Shown: positions 8,567 to 19,420, counted from the stretch's first letter. The stretch: DNA of 64,000 bases from an uncultured delta proteobacterium (GCA_963716725.1 CAVQUB010000032.1:64001-128000), one strand, 5' to 3'. Made by a program: numbers and translations. Notes: generated by a model not told the origin, from the sequence alone.

Positions 8567-9895
8567 TCAGGACGGGCCCTGACCCTTGCACAGCGCCAAG
8601 ATTTGAAGGTCGGCGTTCGGACTGCCTTGCACCGCAGTGCAGGTGTTCGCACAGAGCTTGATCTTGGTGCCTTCGATGTAGAAGGCGTCCTGGGTGCAGG
8701 CGGCGGCGTTCGCGACCTGGGTGATCTTGGTCGGACTGCCGCCTTGCGGAGTGAACTCGATGCTGATGGTCGCGGGATCGATCTCTTTGCCCTGGGGTGG
8801 TTCGGGCAGGTCGAAATCGCAGGCGATCGACGCGCTCTTGATCACGCCCTTGGCGATCTCCTGGAACACCACGTCGAACCCCTGGCCCTCGCACACCGGG
8901 AATTTGATGCCGCCCGTCATGTTGCTGAGCCACTGGTAGCCGGTGCCGGGGCCGGGCGCGGTGCTGCACTTGCTGGTGGAGACCGGGTCGGTGGCCGCCC
9001 AGGATTTGTTCGGGCTGCCCGGGTTCGCCCCGACGCCGACGATGCTGTACCAGGTGTAGTTGCGATTGGTGGAGTCGCCGAATTGCGCTGGGTCTCGGGC
9101 CAGGAGGTCGGCGTCGAACTTCTCGGCCGCGGTCTTGCCGGCGGCGACCTGATCGCTGTCGTTGTAGCTCCACTGGCCCCGGGTGCAGCTGATCCCGTCG
9201 TCCGTGATCTCGACGAAGGCCTTGAAGGCTTCCGGACGGAGCCACTCGCGCCAACCGGTCTTTGCCAAGTTGTAGCGGTCGGGTTTGTCGTACCAGTCGA
9301 TCATCTTGCACCACGAGTCGTGGCTCTCCACGTCGTTGTTGTCGTAGTGGTAGAAGATTGGCGGGTTGTTCACCGGCGGCTGGTTTGCCGCCACCGGGCA
9401 CTTGGTGCCACCCAGCGGTGCGCCGATGCAGATCGACTCGTCGGGATTGGCGGGGCCTTGTTCGGCGATGAACACGACGCGGTAGTCCACGCCCGACGCC
9501 TTGATGATCTGGGCAAAGTTCGTGTTGATGTTCTTCTCGATGGCGATGATCTCGTCCGTCATGCTGCACGAGTTGTCGAGGATGAAGACCACGTCGACGG
9601 GCTTCTTCTCGAGCTTGGCAGAGTACTTCTGTAGGTCGCAGGCCGCGTCTGGGTCGATGCCGGTATCTGCTGGCCCGGAGTCGATGACGATACCCGCGCC
9701 GCTGCCACCGTTGCCGCTGGCTGAGCTGCCGCCCGAACCTCCGCTGCCACCTCCCGCAGCGGTGCCGCCACCGAAGGAGTTGTCGGCGGTGCCACTGTCG
9801 GTGCCGCTGCAGGCCGCGGCGAAGGCCGAGCCGATCAACACGCCGGCGGCCGTGGTTCCAAGTGTGCGAAGAGTCAGCAGCGACCGTGAGCTCAT
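8567..9895 (-). CDS. Myxobacterial vWA-domain lipoprotein with Gly-rich linker and Cys-rich C-terminus
   Basis: AAAC lipobox; DVVFILDNSCSM (MIDAS DxSxS); ITDD; C-terminal CDFDLPEPP...IKLCANTC. Confidence 0.85.
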   Translation of the reverse strand: MSSRSLLTLRTLGTTAAGVLIGSAFAAACSGTDSGTADNSFGGGTAAGGGSGGSGGSSASGNGGSGAGIVIDSGPADTGIDPDAACDLQKYSAKLEKKPVDVVFILDNSCSMTDEIIAIEKNINTNFAQIIKASGVDYRVVFIAEQGPANPDESICIGAPLGGTKCPVAANQPPVNNPPIFYHYDNNDVESHDSWCKMIDWYDKPDRYNLAKTGWREWLRPEAFKAFVEITDDGISCTRGQWSYNDSDQVAAGKTAAEKFDADLLARDPAQFGDSTNRNYTWYSIVGVGANPGSPNKSWAATDPVSTSKCSTAPGPGTGYQWLSNMTGGIKFPVCEGQGFDVVFQEIAKGVIKSASIACDFDLPEPPQGKEIDPATISIEFTPQGGSPTKITQVANAAACTQDAFYIEGTKIKLCANTCTAVQGSPNADLQILALCKGQGPS

Positions 9896-10001
9896 GCTCG
9901 CCTCCGGGTTTGTGGGCGGGTCGGCCCAAGCCAACCGCCAGTGTAGCGGAATACTGGGGCAGGGCAGCCCTGGCCGCGCCAAAATTGCGCTATCTCGGCG
10001 C

Positions 10002-10037
10002 CTGGGCGTCGCTGGGCGTCGCTGGGCGTCGCTGGGC
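10002..10037. repeat. Intergenic 10-bp tandem repeat (GCTGGGCGTC) x about 3.6
   Basis: ctgggcgtc gctgggcgtc gctgggcgtc gctgggc. Confidence 0.9.
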
Positions 10038-10119
10038 CCGCGCTTTGTCGCTTCGCGGACTCGGGACTTGACCGTAGCTCCCGGCGACTGTTTCCTCCCG
10101 CGCCAGAGAGACCTTCACC

Positions 10120-10737
10120 ATGGCTTTGACGCGAGACGGTGTCTTCTGGTCGGCCTTCTCCGCAATGACGGAGAAGACAGTCCGTGCAACTGATTGCTTG
10201 CGCGAGATGCTCGAGCAGCCTGGGCGAGCGGGCGAGCTCTCGAAGCGCATCAAGGACATCGAGCACGAGGGTGACAAGATCACTCACGAGGTCGTGCAGG
10301 CGCTCCATCAGACCTGGATCACGCCGCTCGACCGCGAAGAAATTCACAACCTGATCACGAGCCTCGATTCAGTGCTCGATTTCGTCGACGCGGCCAGCGA
10401 CAAGATCGCGCTCTACGAGGTAGAGAGCGTGCGGTCCGAGGCGCTCGAACTGGTCGAGACCTTGAAGCTATCGGTGGTGGACGTCGAGAAGGCGGTCGCG
10501 GGGTTGCAGAAGATCAAGGATCCGGCCCCGCTGCTCGCGCTCTGTCGCGCCATCAACAAGCACGAGCACGACGCGGACGTGATCTTCCGGCGTGGCTTGG
10601 CTCGACTGTTCAAAGAGCGCACGGATCCCCTCGAGCTGATGAAGTGGCGTGACATCCTGGAGTCGATGGAGACCGCCACGGACCGTGCCGAAGACGTCGC
10701 CAACATCATCGAGGGCATCATTTTGGAGCATGCCTGA
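10120..10737 (+). CDS. DUF47 / Pit accessory (PhoU-like) protein
   Basis: IEHEGDKI...TWITPLDREEI...EHDAD...MKWRDI..METATDRAEDVAN; overlaps pit start. Confidence 0.92.
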   Translation: MALTRDGVFWSAFSAMTEKTVRATDCLREMLEQPGRAGELSKRIKDIEHEGDKITHEVVQALHQTWITPLDREEIHNLITSLDSVLDFVDAASDKIALYEVESVRSEALELVETLKLSVVDVEKAVAGLQKIKDPAPLLALCRAINKHEHDADVIFRRGLARLFKERTDPLELMKWRDILESMETATDRAEDVANIIEGIILEHA

Positions 10738-11750
10738 TGACTCCGCTGCAGATCGTGATCGGGCTGGTCGCGATCGCGTTGGTCTTCGATTTCATCAATG
10801 GGTTTCACGACGCGGCGAACTCCATTGCTACCGTGGTGAGCACGCGGGTGCTGTCGCCCCGCGCCGCCGTGGTCTGGGCGGCGTTCTTCAACTTCGTGGC
10901 GTTTCTCGTGTACCCGACCCACGTGTCCTCGTCGATCGCCAAGGGCGTCGCGCTCTCGAGCGTCACCTACAACGTGATCTTCGCCACGCTCATCGGCGCC
11001 ATCGTCTGGAACCTGCTGACCTGGTGGTGGGGCCTACCGAGCTCGTCGTCGCACGCATTGATGGGTGCCTTCGCCGGCGGCGCCCTGGCCAATACGCCGA
11101 GCTTGTCGGTTCTCGACATGAAGGTCTTCGGCAAGACCATCGCGTTCATCGTCATCGCTCCGCTCTTGGGTAGCCTGATCGGCTTCGCGCTGATGAAGCT
11201 GGTCAAGGCGCTGTTCGGGCACTGGAGGCCGGGCAAGATCGACAAATACTTCAGGCGGGGGCAGCTCTTCTCCGCGGCGCTCTACTCCCTGGGGCACGGA
11301 GGCAACGACGCCCAGAAGACCATGGGCATCATCACGCTCTTGCTCATCACCGCGGGGTTGCAGGAGAAAGCCAAGACGGTCGAGCCACAGCTCTGGGTCG
11401 TGCTGCTCTGCCATGCGGCCATGGGCTTCGGTACGCTCATGGGCGGCTGGCGCATCGTCAAGACGATGGGCATGAAGATCACCAAGCTGCGCCCGGTCGG
11501 CGGATTCTGCGCGGAGACCAGCGGCGCCATTACGCTCGCCCTGGCGACCTTCATGGGCATCCCTGTGTCCACCACCCACACCATCACCGGATCCATCGTC
11601 GGGGTCGGCACCGCGGAGCGGCGCCTCAACGCGGTCCGCTGGGGCGTCGCTGGCAGAATCGTCTGGGCGTGGGTGTTCACGATCCCGGCTTCGGCGATCA
11701 TCGCCGTCCTCACCTACCTGGTGATCGTGGCGATTTCAGGCCGGCCCTGA
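10737..11750 (+). CDS. pit: Inorganic phosphate transporter (PiT family)
   Basis: NGFHDAANSIAT, GLPSSSSHAL, HGGNDAQKTMG, GIPVSTTH. Confidence 0.97.
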   Translation: MTPLQIVIGLVAIALVFDFINGFHDAANSIATVVSTRVLSPRAAVVWAAFFNFVAFLVYPTHVSSSIAKGVALSSVTYNVIFATLIGAIVWNLLTWWWGLPSSSSHALMGAFAGGALANTPSLSVLDMKVFGKTIAFIVIAPLLGSLIGFALMKLVKALFGHWRPGKIDKYFRRGQLFSAALYSLGHGGNDAQKTMGIITLLLITAGLQEKAKTVEPQLWVVLLCHAAMGFGTLMGGWRIVKTMGMKITKLRPVGGFCAETSGAITLALATFMGIPVSTTHTITGSIVGVGTAERRLNAVRWGVAGRIVWAWVFTIPASAIIAVLTYLVIVAISGRP

Positions 11751-11753
11751 CGG

Positions 11754-14015
11754 TCATCCGTCGCGCCGCGGGGCTCGGGCCCCGGAGCGAGACACCGCCG
11801 CTACGAAGGCCTGCCCCACGGAAATTCCTCCGTCGTTCACCGGGACCCGTTCCGGTGACAGGACGCGGAACCCGCGCGCCTCGAGCAGCTGCCTCGAGCC
11901 GTTCAAGAGCAGCGCGTTCTGGAAGCAGCCGCCACTGAGCACGACATGCTCCTTGCCTGCTCGCTCGGCGATGGTCCCGGTGGTTGCGATCAGAGCCGCG
12001 TGAAAGCGCGCGGCAGCGATCTCGGGATCGGCCTCCCCGAGCGCCGCGCGCAGCGCCGGTTCCCAGTCCACCATGGCGGGTGCACCGTCGACGAGCAGCA
12101 TCGGGTACGCCTCCTGGGCGCCAGCCCGCTCGGCGGCCAGCTCCAGCTCAATCGCGGCCTGGCCTTCGAAGGCCGAGCGCTCCGCGAAGCCAAGCAGCGC
12201 GGACAGCGCATCGAAGAGCCGTCCCATGCTGGTGGTGAGCCGAGCGTGTGCGCCCGTCTCGAGCATGCCCAGCAGCACCCCCGCATGCGCGGGAGGGTAC
12301 CAGCGACTCGCCCACTCGCGCGCCAACGCGGGATCGATCGCGTGCAGCACCCCGAGGGCGGCGCGTCGCGGATCGCGAGCCGCCGCGTCGCCGCCGGGCA
12401 GACGAAATGGGCGCAAGTGCGCGATGCGATCAGCGCCCGCGCCGTCGACGATCAGCGCCTCGCCGCCCCAGATCGTGCCGTCCGGTCCCAGGCCGGTGCC
12501 GTCCCAAGCAAGTCCGAGCACCGACTGCTGAACCTCGTGCTCTGCCAGCGCCGCAGCGACGTGCGCGTGATGGTGTTGGACCCGCATGAGGGGGACCCCA
12601 AGGCGTCCTGCGATGCGCTCCGCGAGCTGGGTCGATGCGTAGTCTGGATGCAGATCGCAGGCCACGAGGTCCGGGGATGCGTCGAAGAAGCGACACAGGT
12701 CGTCGACTGCGCGCTCCTGCCCGGCGATGGCCGCGACGGTCTCGAGATCGCCGAGGTGATGGCTCGGAATCAGCTGCCCGCGGTGGAGCAGGGTGACGGT
12801 GTTCTTCATCTGTGCGCCGACGGCCAGTACAGTCCGGTTCGAGTCGAGCCTGGCCACCGGTCGGGGAGAGAAACCCCGCGCGCGCCGGAGGAGGCAGAGG
12901 CCGGTCGGGCCGACGCGGGCCACCGAATCGTCGATCGGGCGTACGATCTCGCGGTTGTGGACCAACAGCTCGTCGGCGATCTCGCCGAGAGCGGAGAGCG
13001 CCTCGGTAACGCCGGTGCACATGGGTTCTTCGGAGCGGTTGCCGCTCGTACACACCAGCGGTCGGCCCACCGCTTTGGCCAGTACCAGATGCAGTGGGCT
13101 GTAAGGCAAGAGCGCGCCGATGCGCGGGTTCCGGGGCGCCACGGCGGGCGCGATGTTCGACTCGGGGCGCTGGCGGACGAGCAGAATCGGGGCCTCCGGG
13201 CCACTGAGCGCCCGCTCTTCGGCCTCGCTGAGCAACACGTGTGAGCGCGCCTGAGCGGGCGACTCGAACAACACCGCGAGCGGTTTCTCTTCGCGGTGCT
13301 TTCGCTCTCTCAGGCGGCGCACCGCGTGCTGGTCCGTCGCGTCCGTCAGAAGTTGGAATCCGCCGACGGCGCGCAGCGCCAAGATGCCCCCTTGTCGGAG
13401 TAGGGCCGCCGCGCCCTGGAGGGCGTCTTCACGCGTGGCCAGCCGCCGCCCGCTCGGATCGAGCAGCGCGAGCGAGGGCCCGCAGGCCGGGCACGCGATG
13501 GGTTCGGCGTGGAAGCGCCGGTCATCCACCGAGCCGTATTCGAGGGCGCAGTCGGCGCACAGTTCGAACTGCTTCATGCTGGTGCGCGCCCGGTCGTAGG
13601 GCAGCGCCTCGACGATGCTGAAGCGCGGGCCGCAGCGCGTGCAGTTCGTGAACGGGTAGCGAAAGCGTCGCGCCTTCGGGTCTTCAATCTCCGCAGCGCA
13701 GTCCTCGCACAGCGCGAGGTCTGGCGGCAACGTCGCCTCGACCCGGGCAGCGTCGTCGCTGACCGCGATTTCGAAGCCCGACTCGGAGGCGTCCGGAAGC
13801 TCCTCTCGATCCACCTGCTGGACGTCGATTGGGGGTGGAAGCTGCGACAGCGCTTGGACCAACTCGAGCGCGCGGTCGCCTTGAGCCTCGATGCGCACCG
13901 AGCCGCGGCCGTTCCGCACGAAGCCGGTCAGACCCAGCAGACGAGCGAGCCGGCACACGCTGGGTCGAAAACCGACTCCCTGCACCACCCCCCGCACCGT
14001 CAGGCCGATCCGCAC
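11754..14015 (-). CDS. hypF: Carbamoyltransferase HypF
   Basis: VRGVVQGVGFRP acylphosphatase domain; two Zn fingers; CDLHPDY; QHHHAH; NDGGISVGQA. Start uncertain (GTG 14015). Confidence 0.96.
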   Translation of the reverse strand: MRIGLTVRGVVQGVGFRPSVCRLARLLGLTGFVRNGRGSVRIEAQGDRALELVQALSQLPPPIDVQQVDREELPDASESGFEIAVSDDAARVEATLPPDLALCEDCAAEIEDPKARRFRYPFTNCTRCGPRFSIVEALPYDRARTSMKQFELCADCALEYGSVDDRRFHAEPIACPACGPSLALLDPSGRRLATREDALQGAAALLRQGGILALRAVGGFQLLTDATDQHAVRRLRERKHREEKPLAVLFESPAQARSHVLLSEAEERALSGPEAPILLVRQRPESNIAPAVAPRNPRIGALLPYSPLHLVLAKAVGRPLVCTSGNRSEEPMCTGVTEALSALGEIADELLVHNREIVRPIDDSVARVGPTGLCLLRRARGFSPRPVARLDSNRTVLAVGAQMKNTVTLLHRGQLIPSHHLGDLETVAAIAGQERAVDDLCRFFDASPDLVACDLHPDYASTQLAERIAGRLGVPLMRVQHHHAHVAAALAEHEVQQSVLGLAWDGTGLGPDGTIWGGEALIVDGAGADRIAHLRPFRLPGGDAAARDPRRAALGVLHAIDPALAREWASRWYPPAHAGVLLGMLETGAHARLTTSMGRLFDALSALLGFAERSAFEGQAAIELELAAERAGAQEAYPMLLVDGAPAMVDWEPALRAALGEADPEIAAARFHAALIATTGTIAERAGKEHVVLSGGCFQNALLLNGSRQLLEARGFRVLSPERVPVNDGGISVGQAFVAAVSRSGARAPRRDG

Positions 14016-14034
14016 GGCTGCCAGCTTCTCACAT

Positions 14035-14376
14035 TCACTCGACGTCGATGCTGTCGATCCTGAGGCCGACCGCTCCGAGCAGGTCCGCGTCCGTTCCGCC
14101 ACAGGTCGGGCAGAGGGTGATGTGGTGGTCTGGATCGTAGCTGGTGCCGCACGACCGGCACTTCGCCTTCACGTGGGTCAGCTTCAGATCCAGAGCTGCG
14201 GCTTCGGCCAGGGTGCCGACGGCGTGCGCGGTGAAGTGAAACTGGATGGCGTCGCCGTGCAGGTGCTCGGTCTCCGACAGCTCGCCACTCACACGGCGCA
14301 CCCGCTCGACGCCGTTCGTTCGTGCCAGATCGAGCACTGCGGTGAGGACAGAACGAGCGAGGGCGGATTCGTGCAT
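14035..14376 (-). CDS. hypA: Nickel metallochaperone HypA
   Basis: MHE N-terminus; CRSC...CPTC. Confidence 0.95.
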   Translation of the reverse strand: MHESALARSVLTAVLDLARTNGVERVRRVSGELSETEHLHGDAIQFHFTAHAVGTLAEAAALDLKLTHVKAKCRSCGTSYDPDHHITLCPTCGGTDADLLGAVGLRIDSIDVE

Positions 14377-14378
14377 GG

Positions 14379-14828
14379 TCAACTCCGGGTGAGATCGCGC
14401 ACCTTGGTGGCTGCGAGGGCAACGGCTGCGCGCACCGGCCCCGAGAGTTCGGTCGAGTACCCGCTCGGGCGATCGATGGCGATGGCGACGATCACGATGG
14501 GTGGAAGCACTCCGCCCGCCAGCACCTTCGCGAGCTCGAGGGCTTGTCCGACGCCAACGCCGTGGGTGGAGACCGGTGCCAGGGCGCTGTCGGCCAGCGC
14601 GGCGGCGTCGAGCGTTCGTACCGTACCCGGGGGTCCCGCGGCCACTGCAGCGTCGACGACCACGACGCGCTCCGCACCTTGAACGAGCTCGACCAACTGC
14701 GCCGCGTCAGCCACCCGGCACAGCTCGACCCCAGCGGGCGGATCTTGCTCGAGAGCATCGAGCACGCACAGACCGACGCCGTCGTCGCCCGCGACACGCT
14801 GCCCCAGCCCGATCACCCTCACCACCAC
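14379..14828 (-). CDS. Hydrogenase maturation endopeptidase
   Basis: VIGLG...GDDGVG, VVVDA, STHG. Confidence 0.93.
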   Translation of the reverse strand: MVVRVIGLGQRVAGDDGVGLCVLDALEQDPPAGVELCRVADAAQLVELVQGAERVVVVDAAVAAGPPGTVRTLDAAALADSALAPVSTHGVGVGQALELAKVLAGGVLPPIVIVAIAIDRPSGYSTELSGPVRAAVALAATKVRDLTRS

Positions 14829-16127
14829 TCAGTCCTCCTGCTCCAGGTTCAGACGCAGGAAGTGGGTGGAACACGAGATGCACGGGTCGTAGTTGCGGAC
14901 GGTCTGCTCGGCCAGGCGGGTCGCGGCGTCGTGCGGCATGTCGGCCAGGCGCTTGGCGATCGTGAACAGGTCGTCCTCGATGGCCTTCTGATTCTGGGAG
15001 GTCGGAGGAATGATCTTCGCCTCCTCGATCAGGCCGTCGGCGCTGACGCGGTAGCGGTGATAGAGCGTGCCGCGCGGCGCCTCCGTGGCGGCCATGCCGA
15101 CTCCGGCACGGTTGGGCACGGGGACCCTCGAGACAAGAGGCGGCCGGTACGCCTCGATGATGGCGATAGCTTCGTCAAAGGCCTGAATGGTTTCTACCCC
15201 GCGTACCAGCAAGGTCTTGAAGGGATTTGCCACGGGAGGAACCAGACCGATGGACTCGGCGGCTCGCCGCGCGAAGGGCCGGAGCTCGTCGAAACACAGG
15301 TTGAAGCGCGCCAGCGGGCCCACCACGTAGGCGCCATGACCCAGGTGCACCGAGTGCAGCGCCGTCGAGCGCGCTACGTGCTGCTCCTCGAAGTGTTTCT
15401 CGTAGTCGTGCACGTCGATGTCGAGGCCACGATTCGAAACTAGGCGGCCCTCGCAGAAGGGATACTCTTCGGGGTGCCTCGTGCTGACCAGCTCCACCGG
15501 CCGTTCGAAGTCGGGGAAGGGCAGGCCGGCCAGCGTGGGCATCGCGTCGGCCAGCGCTTGCCTGGACCACGACAGCTCTGGCAAGAGTCCACGTAGCTCC
15601 GCCGCCGTCGGCGCGCGGTAGAAGCCGCCGACGCAGACGTTGATGGGATGGATCTCCCGCCCACCGAGCAGGTTCACGATGGCGTTGCCGGCCTTCTTCA
15701 TCCGTAGCGACGCCTTGACCAGGTCGCCGTGATCCTTTGCCATGTGGATCGCGTCCGGGTAGCCGAGGAAGTCCGGCGCGTGCAGCATGAACATGTGCAG
15801 CACGTGGCTCTCGATCCACTCGCCGCAGTAGAGCAGCCGCCGCAGCGTGCGAAGCTCGGGGGGGAGTGTCAGACCCACTGCGTCCTCGATGGCGTGGCAG
15901 GCGCTCATCTGGTAGGCGACCGGGCAGATGCCGCAGATGCGAGCCGTGATGTCTGGGGTCTCGAGCTGCGAGCGACCGATCAAGAAACCCTCGAAGAAGC
16001 GCGGCGGCTCGAAGATCCTCAGCTCGACGCTCTTTGGTTCTTTGCCCTTGAAGCGAATGGTGAGCGCGCCCTCGCCCTCGACGCGCGCCAAGTAGTCGAC
16101 CTTGATGGTGCGGGCGTTCTTGGTCAC
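14829..16127 (-). CDS. hyhL: Group 3b [NiFe]-hydrogenase (sulfhydrogenase-type) large/alpha subunit
   Basis: [16 protein letters not shown]1 [14 protein letters not shown]2 [10 protein letters not shown] followed by a cleavable C-terminal tail; start GTG 16127. Confidence 0.95.
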   Translation of the reverse strand: MTKNARTIKVDYLARVEGEGALTIRFKGKEPKSVELRIFEPPRFFEGFLIGRSQLETPDITARICGICPVAYQMSACHAIEDAVGLTLPPELRTLRRLLYCGEWIESHVLHMFMLHAPDFLGYPDAIHMAKDHGDLVKASLRMKKAGNAIVNLLGGREIHPINVCVGGFYRAPTAAELRGLLPELSWSRQALADAMPTLAGLPFPDFERPVELVSTRHPEEYPFCEGRLVSNRGLDIDVHDYEKHFEEQHVARSTALHSVHLGHGAYVVGPLARFNLCFDELRPFARRAAESIGLVPPVANPFKTLLVRGVETIQAFDEAIAIIEAYRPPLVSRVPVPNRAGVGMAATEAPRGTLYHRYRVSADGLIEEAKIIPPTSQNQKAIEDDLFTIAKRLADMPHDAATRLAEQTVRNYDPCISCSTHFLRLNLEQED

Positions 16128-16918
16128 GCTACGGGCTCCTTCTTCGGGGTCAGGCTCTGGTGCTCCGCTGCGAAGGCGGGCGCCGCCGCGTTGAAAGTGG
16201 CGTACAGACGCTGAATCTCCGCCGGGGTCCCGAGTTGGAGCAGCGCGGGGCGCAGGCCAGTTGGGTTGGCGCTCTTCGAGGGGCCGAAGCAGCCAAAGCA
16301 GCCTCGGGTGTAGGTGGGACAGAGCGCGTTGCAGCCGCTGTGGGTCACAGGTCCCAGACACGGCGTGCCGTGCGCGACCATCACGCAGACCGTCCCGCGG
16401 CGCTTGCAGTCGAGGCACACGGAATGATTCCCGATGCGTGGTGGTCGCTGGTTGAGGAAGGCGTTCAGTACCTCGAGCAGTTGCTCCTTGCTCACCGGGC
16501 AGCCTCGGAGCTCGAAGTCGACCGGCACGTGGTCGGCGACCGCGGTGGAGAGTGCCAGCGTCTTGATGTACTCGGGCCGCGCGTACACGACTCGGGTGAA
16601 TTCCGCGACGTCGGCGAAGTTCCGGAGCGCCTGGATCCCCCCGGCGGTGGCGCAGGCGCCGATGGTCACCAGCCGCTTGCTGACCCTTCGGATCTCGCGC
16701 AGTCGCTCCGCGTCGTGCTCGGTGGTGATCGAGCCTTCTACCAGCGTCAAGTCGTAGGGGCCCTTGACGATCCGACTGCTCGCTTCGAGGAAGTGCGCGA
16801 TGTCCACCGCGCCGGCGACCGCCAGGAGTTCGTCTTCGCAATCGAGCAGACTGAGCTGGCAGCCATCGCAGCTGGCCAGCTTGAACACCGCGAGCTTGGG
16901 CTTCTTGACAGACTTCAT
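16124..16918 (-). CDS. hyhS: Group 3b hydrogenase small/delta subunit
   Basis: ASCDGCQ, EGSIT, GACA, RGCP, VCLDC...CLGPVT..GC..LCP...CFGCFG. Confidence 0.94.
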   Translation of the reverse strand: MKSVKKPKLAVFKLASCDGCQLSLLDCEDELLAVAGAVDIAHFLEASSRIVKGPYDLTLVEGSITTEHDAERLREIRRVSKRLVTIGACATAGGIQALRNFADVAEFTRVVYARPEYIKTLALSTAVADHVPVDFELRGCPVSKEQLLEVLNAFLNQRPPRIGNHSVCLDCKRRGTVCVMVAHGTPCLGPVTHSGCNALCPTYTRGCFGCFGPSKSANPTGLRPALLQLGTPAEIQRLYATFNAAAPAFAAEHQSLTPKKEPVA

Positions 16919-16921
16919 CGC

Positions 16922-17746
16922 TCAGAGCTCCCGCACGTTCATCAATGGTGCGACCTGGTGCAGCGGGTAAACCGGCCCGTCTTTGCATACGAAGGTGGGG
17001 CCGAGCTGGCAGTGACCGCAGGAGCCCACGCCACACTTCATGTTGCGCTCCATTGACAGGTAGATGCGCGAGGACGGAACGCCGAGACCTTCGAGCTCGC
17101 GGGATGCAAAGCGCATCATGACCTCCGGCCCGCACAGCATCGCCACCGTGTTTTCAGCCGCGAGGGAGAATCGGCCGAGCAGCTTGGTCACCACTCCACT
17201 GTGCCCGCGCCACCTGGGGTCGCCGCGGTCCACGGTCACCTCGAGGTCGATGTCGATCCGACCACGCCACTTCGCGATCTCTTTCCCGAAGAGCAAATCG
17301 TCGGGCGTGCGGGCGCCATAGGCGATACAGACCTTCCCGAAGACTTGGCGACGCGACAGGATGCTGTAGATGACCGGCCGCAGCGGGGCCAGTCCGATGC
17401 CGCCGGCGACCAAGATCACATCTCGGCCTTGTGCTTCGTCCACCGGCCAAGGAGTCCCGAAGGGGCCGCGCACACCGAGGCTGTCGCCCCGGCGGAGCTT
17501 CTCCAAGGCTCGAGTGGTGGGTCCCACGGCCCGCACCGTGTGGGTGAGCACCGCGGGCCTGAGGGGGTCGCCGCTGATCGAAATCGGCACCTCGCCCAAT
17601 CCAAACGCGTAGAGCATGTTGAACTGCCCCGGCGCAAAGCGAAAACCACCGCGGGGCCTTGCGTCCAGATCGAAGGTGAAGGTGTCTTTGGTGTCGTGCC
17701 GCATCCGCAGCACTTCCATCGGCTCGAGTTTCAGGGCGTCGCTCAT
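16922..17746 (-). CDS. hyhG: Group 3b hydrogenase gamma subunit (FAD/NAD(P)-binding, 2Fe-2S)
   Basis: [31 protein letters not shown]...CKDGPV. Confidence 0.94.
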   Translation of the reverse strand: MSDALKLEPMEVLRMRHDTKDTFTFDLDARPRGGFRFAPGQFNMLYAFGLGEVPISISGDPLRPAVLTHTVRAVGPTTRALEKLRRGDSLGVRGPFGTPWPVDEAQGRDVILVAGGIGLAPLRPVIYSILSRRQVFGKVCIAYGARTPDDLLFGKEIAKWRGRIDIDLEVTVDRGDPRWRGHSGVVTKLLGRFSLAAENTVAMLCGPEVMMRFASRELEGLGVPSSRIYLSMERNMKCGVGSCGHCQLGPTFVCKDGPVYPLHQVAPLMNVREL

Positions 17747-18213
17747 CCGAGCTCCGACTTGTACACGTCGAGTTGTTGGAGACGCGCTTGCGTCAGACGG
17801 TCGGAAGCACAGGCCAAGAGCTTGAGCGTGAATGCATAGCCAAAGCTGGGATCGGCCTGCACTTTGCCGCGGATACAGTTCGCGTCGAAGCTGAAGACGA
17901 GCGTCGGCTCGAGGGCGCGGGCGTCCAATTGCCAACGGAAGGGTGGCAGGAGCACTGACCAACCAACGATGTCTCCGGAACTGGCGGTGTCGACCTGCAG
18001 CGACCCTCGGCCGGGCACGTGAGTCTCGATGGCCACGGAACCGCTGCGCACCAGGAACATCGCGTCGGCTAGCGAGCCCTCACGCACCAGGTAGTCGTCG
18101 GCCTCGTAGCGCGCGTTCTTGGCACAGCCGGCCAGGAACTCGACCTGGGCTTGAGTGAGCTCCTTGCAGAAGGGGTGCTCCGCTAGTGAACGGGCGAGCG
18201 ATTCGGGTTTCAT
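17743..18213 (-). CDS. Stand-alone cyclic-nucleotide-binding domain protein within the hydrogenase operon
   Basis: HPF...[18 protein letters not shown]...GDIVGW; no HTH; ATGA overlaps on both sides. Confidence 0.88.
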   Translation of the reverse strand: MKPESLARSLAEHPFCKELTQAQVEFLAGCAKNARYEADDYLVREGSLADAMFLVRSGSVAIETHVPGRGSLQVDTASSGDIVGWSVLLPPFRWQLDARALEPTLVFSFDANCIRGKVQADPSFGYAFTLKLLACASDRLTQARLQQLDVYKSELG

Positions 18214-19331
18214 GATGCCTTCTCCGGTCTTCGAAGGGAGGCGATGTGCGCGGCCTCTTCGGTGATGTCGATGCCCGTCGGGCACCAGGTAATGCAGCGG
18301 CCGCAACCGACGCAGCCCGATGAGCCGAACTGCTGGTGCCAGGTCGAGAGTTTGTGGGTGATCCACTGCCGGTAGCGAGCGCGCGTGCTGGGACGTACGG
18401 GTCCCCCGTGGATGTAAGAGAAGTCCGAGGTGAAGCAGGAGTCCCAGCGACGCCGGCGTTCGGCGCCCGTACCATCGAGCTCAGTGAAGTCTTCGATGGT
18501 ATTGCAGAAGCACGTGGGGCAAACCTGCGTGCAGTTGGTGCAGGCGAGGCAGCGTTGCGCGACGTCGGCGTAGCGCGGATGGTCGAGATCCCGAGCCAGC
18601 TTCTCCGGGAGCCCGACGCTCTCGAGCCGGCGAGTGATGCGCTCGGCCGCGACGATGGGAACCTTGGCCGCATGGACGCGATCGATCACGTTGGCGGCCG
18701 TGAGCCCGAGCTCCCTCACCAAGGTCACCCCGATCGCGCTGCCGGTCTCCACGATGAAGCGGTGCTCGCCGGTCGTCAGCTCGGTCAGCGCGAGATCCCA
18801 CGGGCCGTCGGCCCGGGGACCCGTGCCCATGGATGTGCAGAAGCAGCTCGCCGATGGGGAGCCGCAGTGTACTGCGACCACTATCACGTCGGAGCGCCGC
18901 GCCGCGTAGCGTTCATCGCGGAAGCGGTCGCCCTCGAAGACTCGATCCTGGATCCGGAGCGCCGCAAGATCGCAACCGCGGGCTCCGAGCAGCGCCAGCT
19001 TTCTGGGCGCGAGGGGCTCCGGGGTGAAGCGCAGCGACTTGCCCTCGCGGTGTACGCGATAGAGGCGCTCCTCGGGCACGTGGAACTGACGCTTGAACGA
19101 GGTCGGACCCACCGCGAACCCGAACAATGCCCGGTCGTCTCGCTCCACGATGCGATAGCGCCCGGGAGCTTGCTCGTCCGTGAGGCCGACGGGAAGGTCG
19201 GTGTCGCTCTCCACGGAGTCGTAGGTGATCGCACCCTCGCGCAGTGTCGGCCCGATCACGTCGTAGCCCCGAGCGCGCAAGGCGCTCATCAGCTCACCGA
19301 TTCGAGAACGTGGGAGCAGCCAGGCGTCCAT
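18210..19331 (-). CDS. hyhB: Group 3b hydrogenase beta subunit (4Fe-4S dicluster)
   Basis: [43 protein letters not shown]. Confidence 0.94.
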   Translation of the reverse strand: MDAWLLPRSRIGELMSALRARGYDVIGPTLREGAITYDSVESDTDLPVGLTDEQAPGRYRIVERDDRALFGFAVGPTSFKRQFHVPEERLYRVHREGKSLRFTPEPLAPRKLALLGARGCDLAALRIQDRVFEGDRFRDERYAARRSDVIVVAVHCGSPSASCFCTSMGTGPRADGPWDLALTELTTGEHRFIVETGSAIGVTLVRELGLTAANVIDRVHAAKVPIVAAERITRRLESVGLPEKLARDLDHPRYADVAQRCLACTNCTQVCPTCFCNTIEDFTELDGTGAERRRRWDSCFTSDFSYIHGGPVRPSTRARYRQWITHKLSTWHQQFGSSGCVGCGRCITWCPTGIDITEEAAHIASLRRPEKAS

Positions 19332-19372
19332 GGTCAATCCTGCGCGGGGTGAACGAACATGCGCGCGACCGT

Positions 19373-19388
19373 TGCAGGGCGCGTGCCA
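19373..19388 (-). promoter_or_regulatory. Sigma-54 promoter of the hydrogenase operon
   Basis: Minus strand TGGCACGCGCCCTGCA, one mismatch to TGGCACG-N4-TTGCW. Confidence 0.78.
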
Positions 19389-19420
19389 CCGCCAGGGAGT
19401 CGAGTTTCCCGCGGCGCGGG

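Noticed and set aside
14829..17135. 768-aa hydrogenase large subunit, or a NiFeSe enzyme
   Set aside because: Extension overlaps the delta subunit out of frame; L2 motif is DPCISC with Cys and no in-frame TGA
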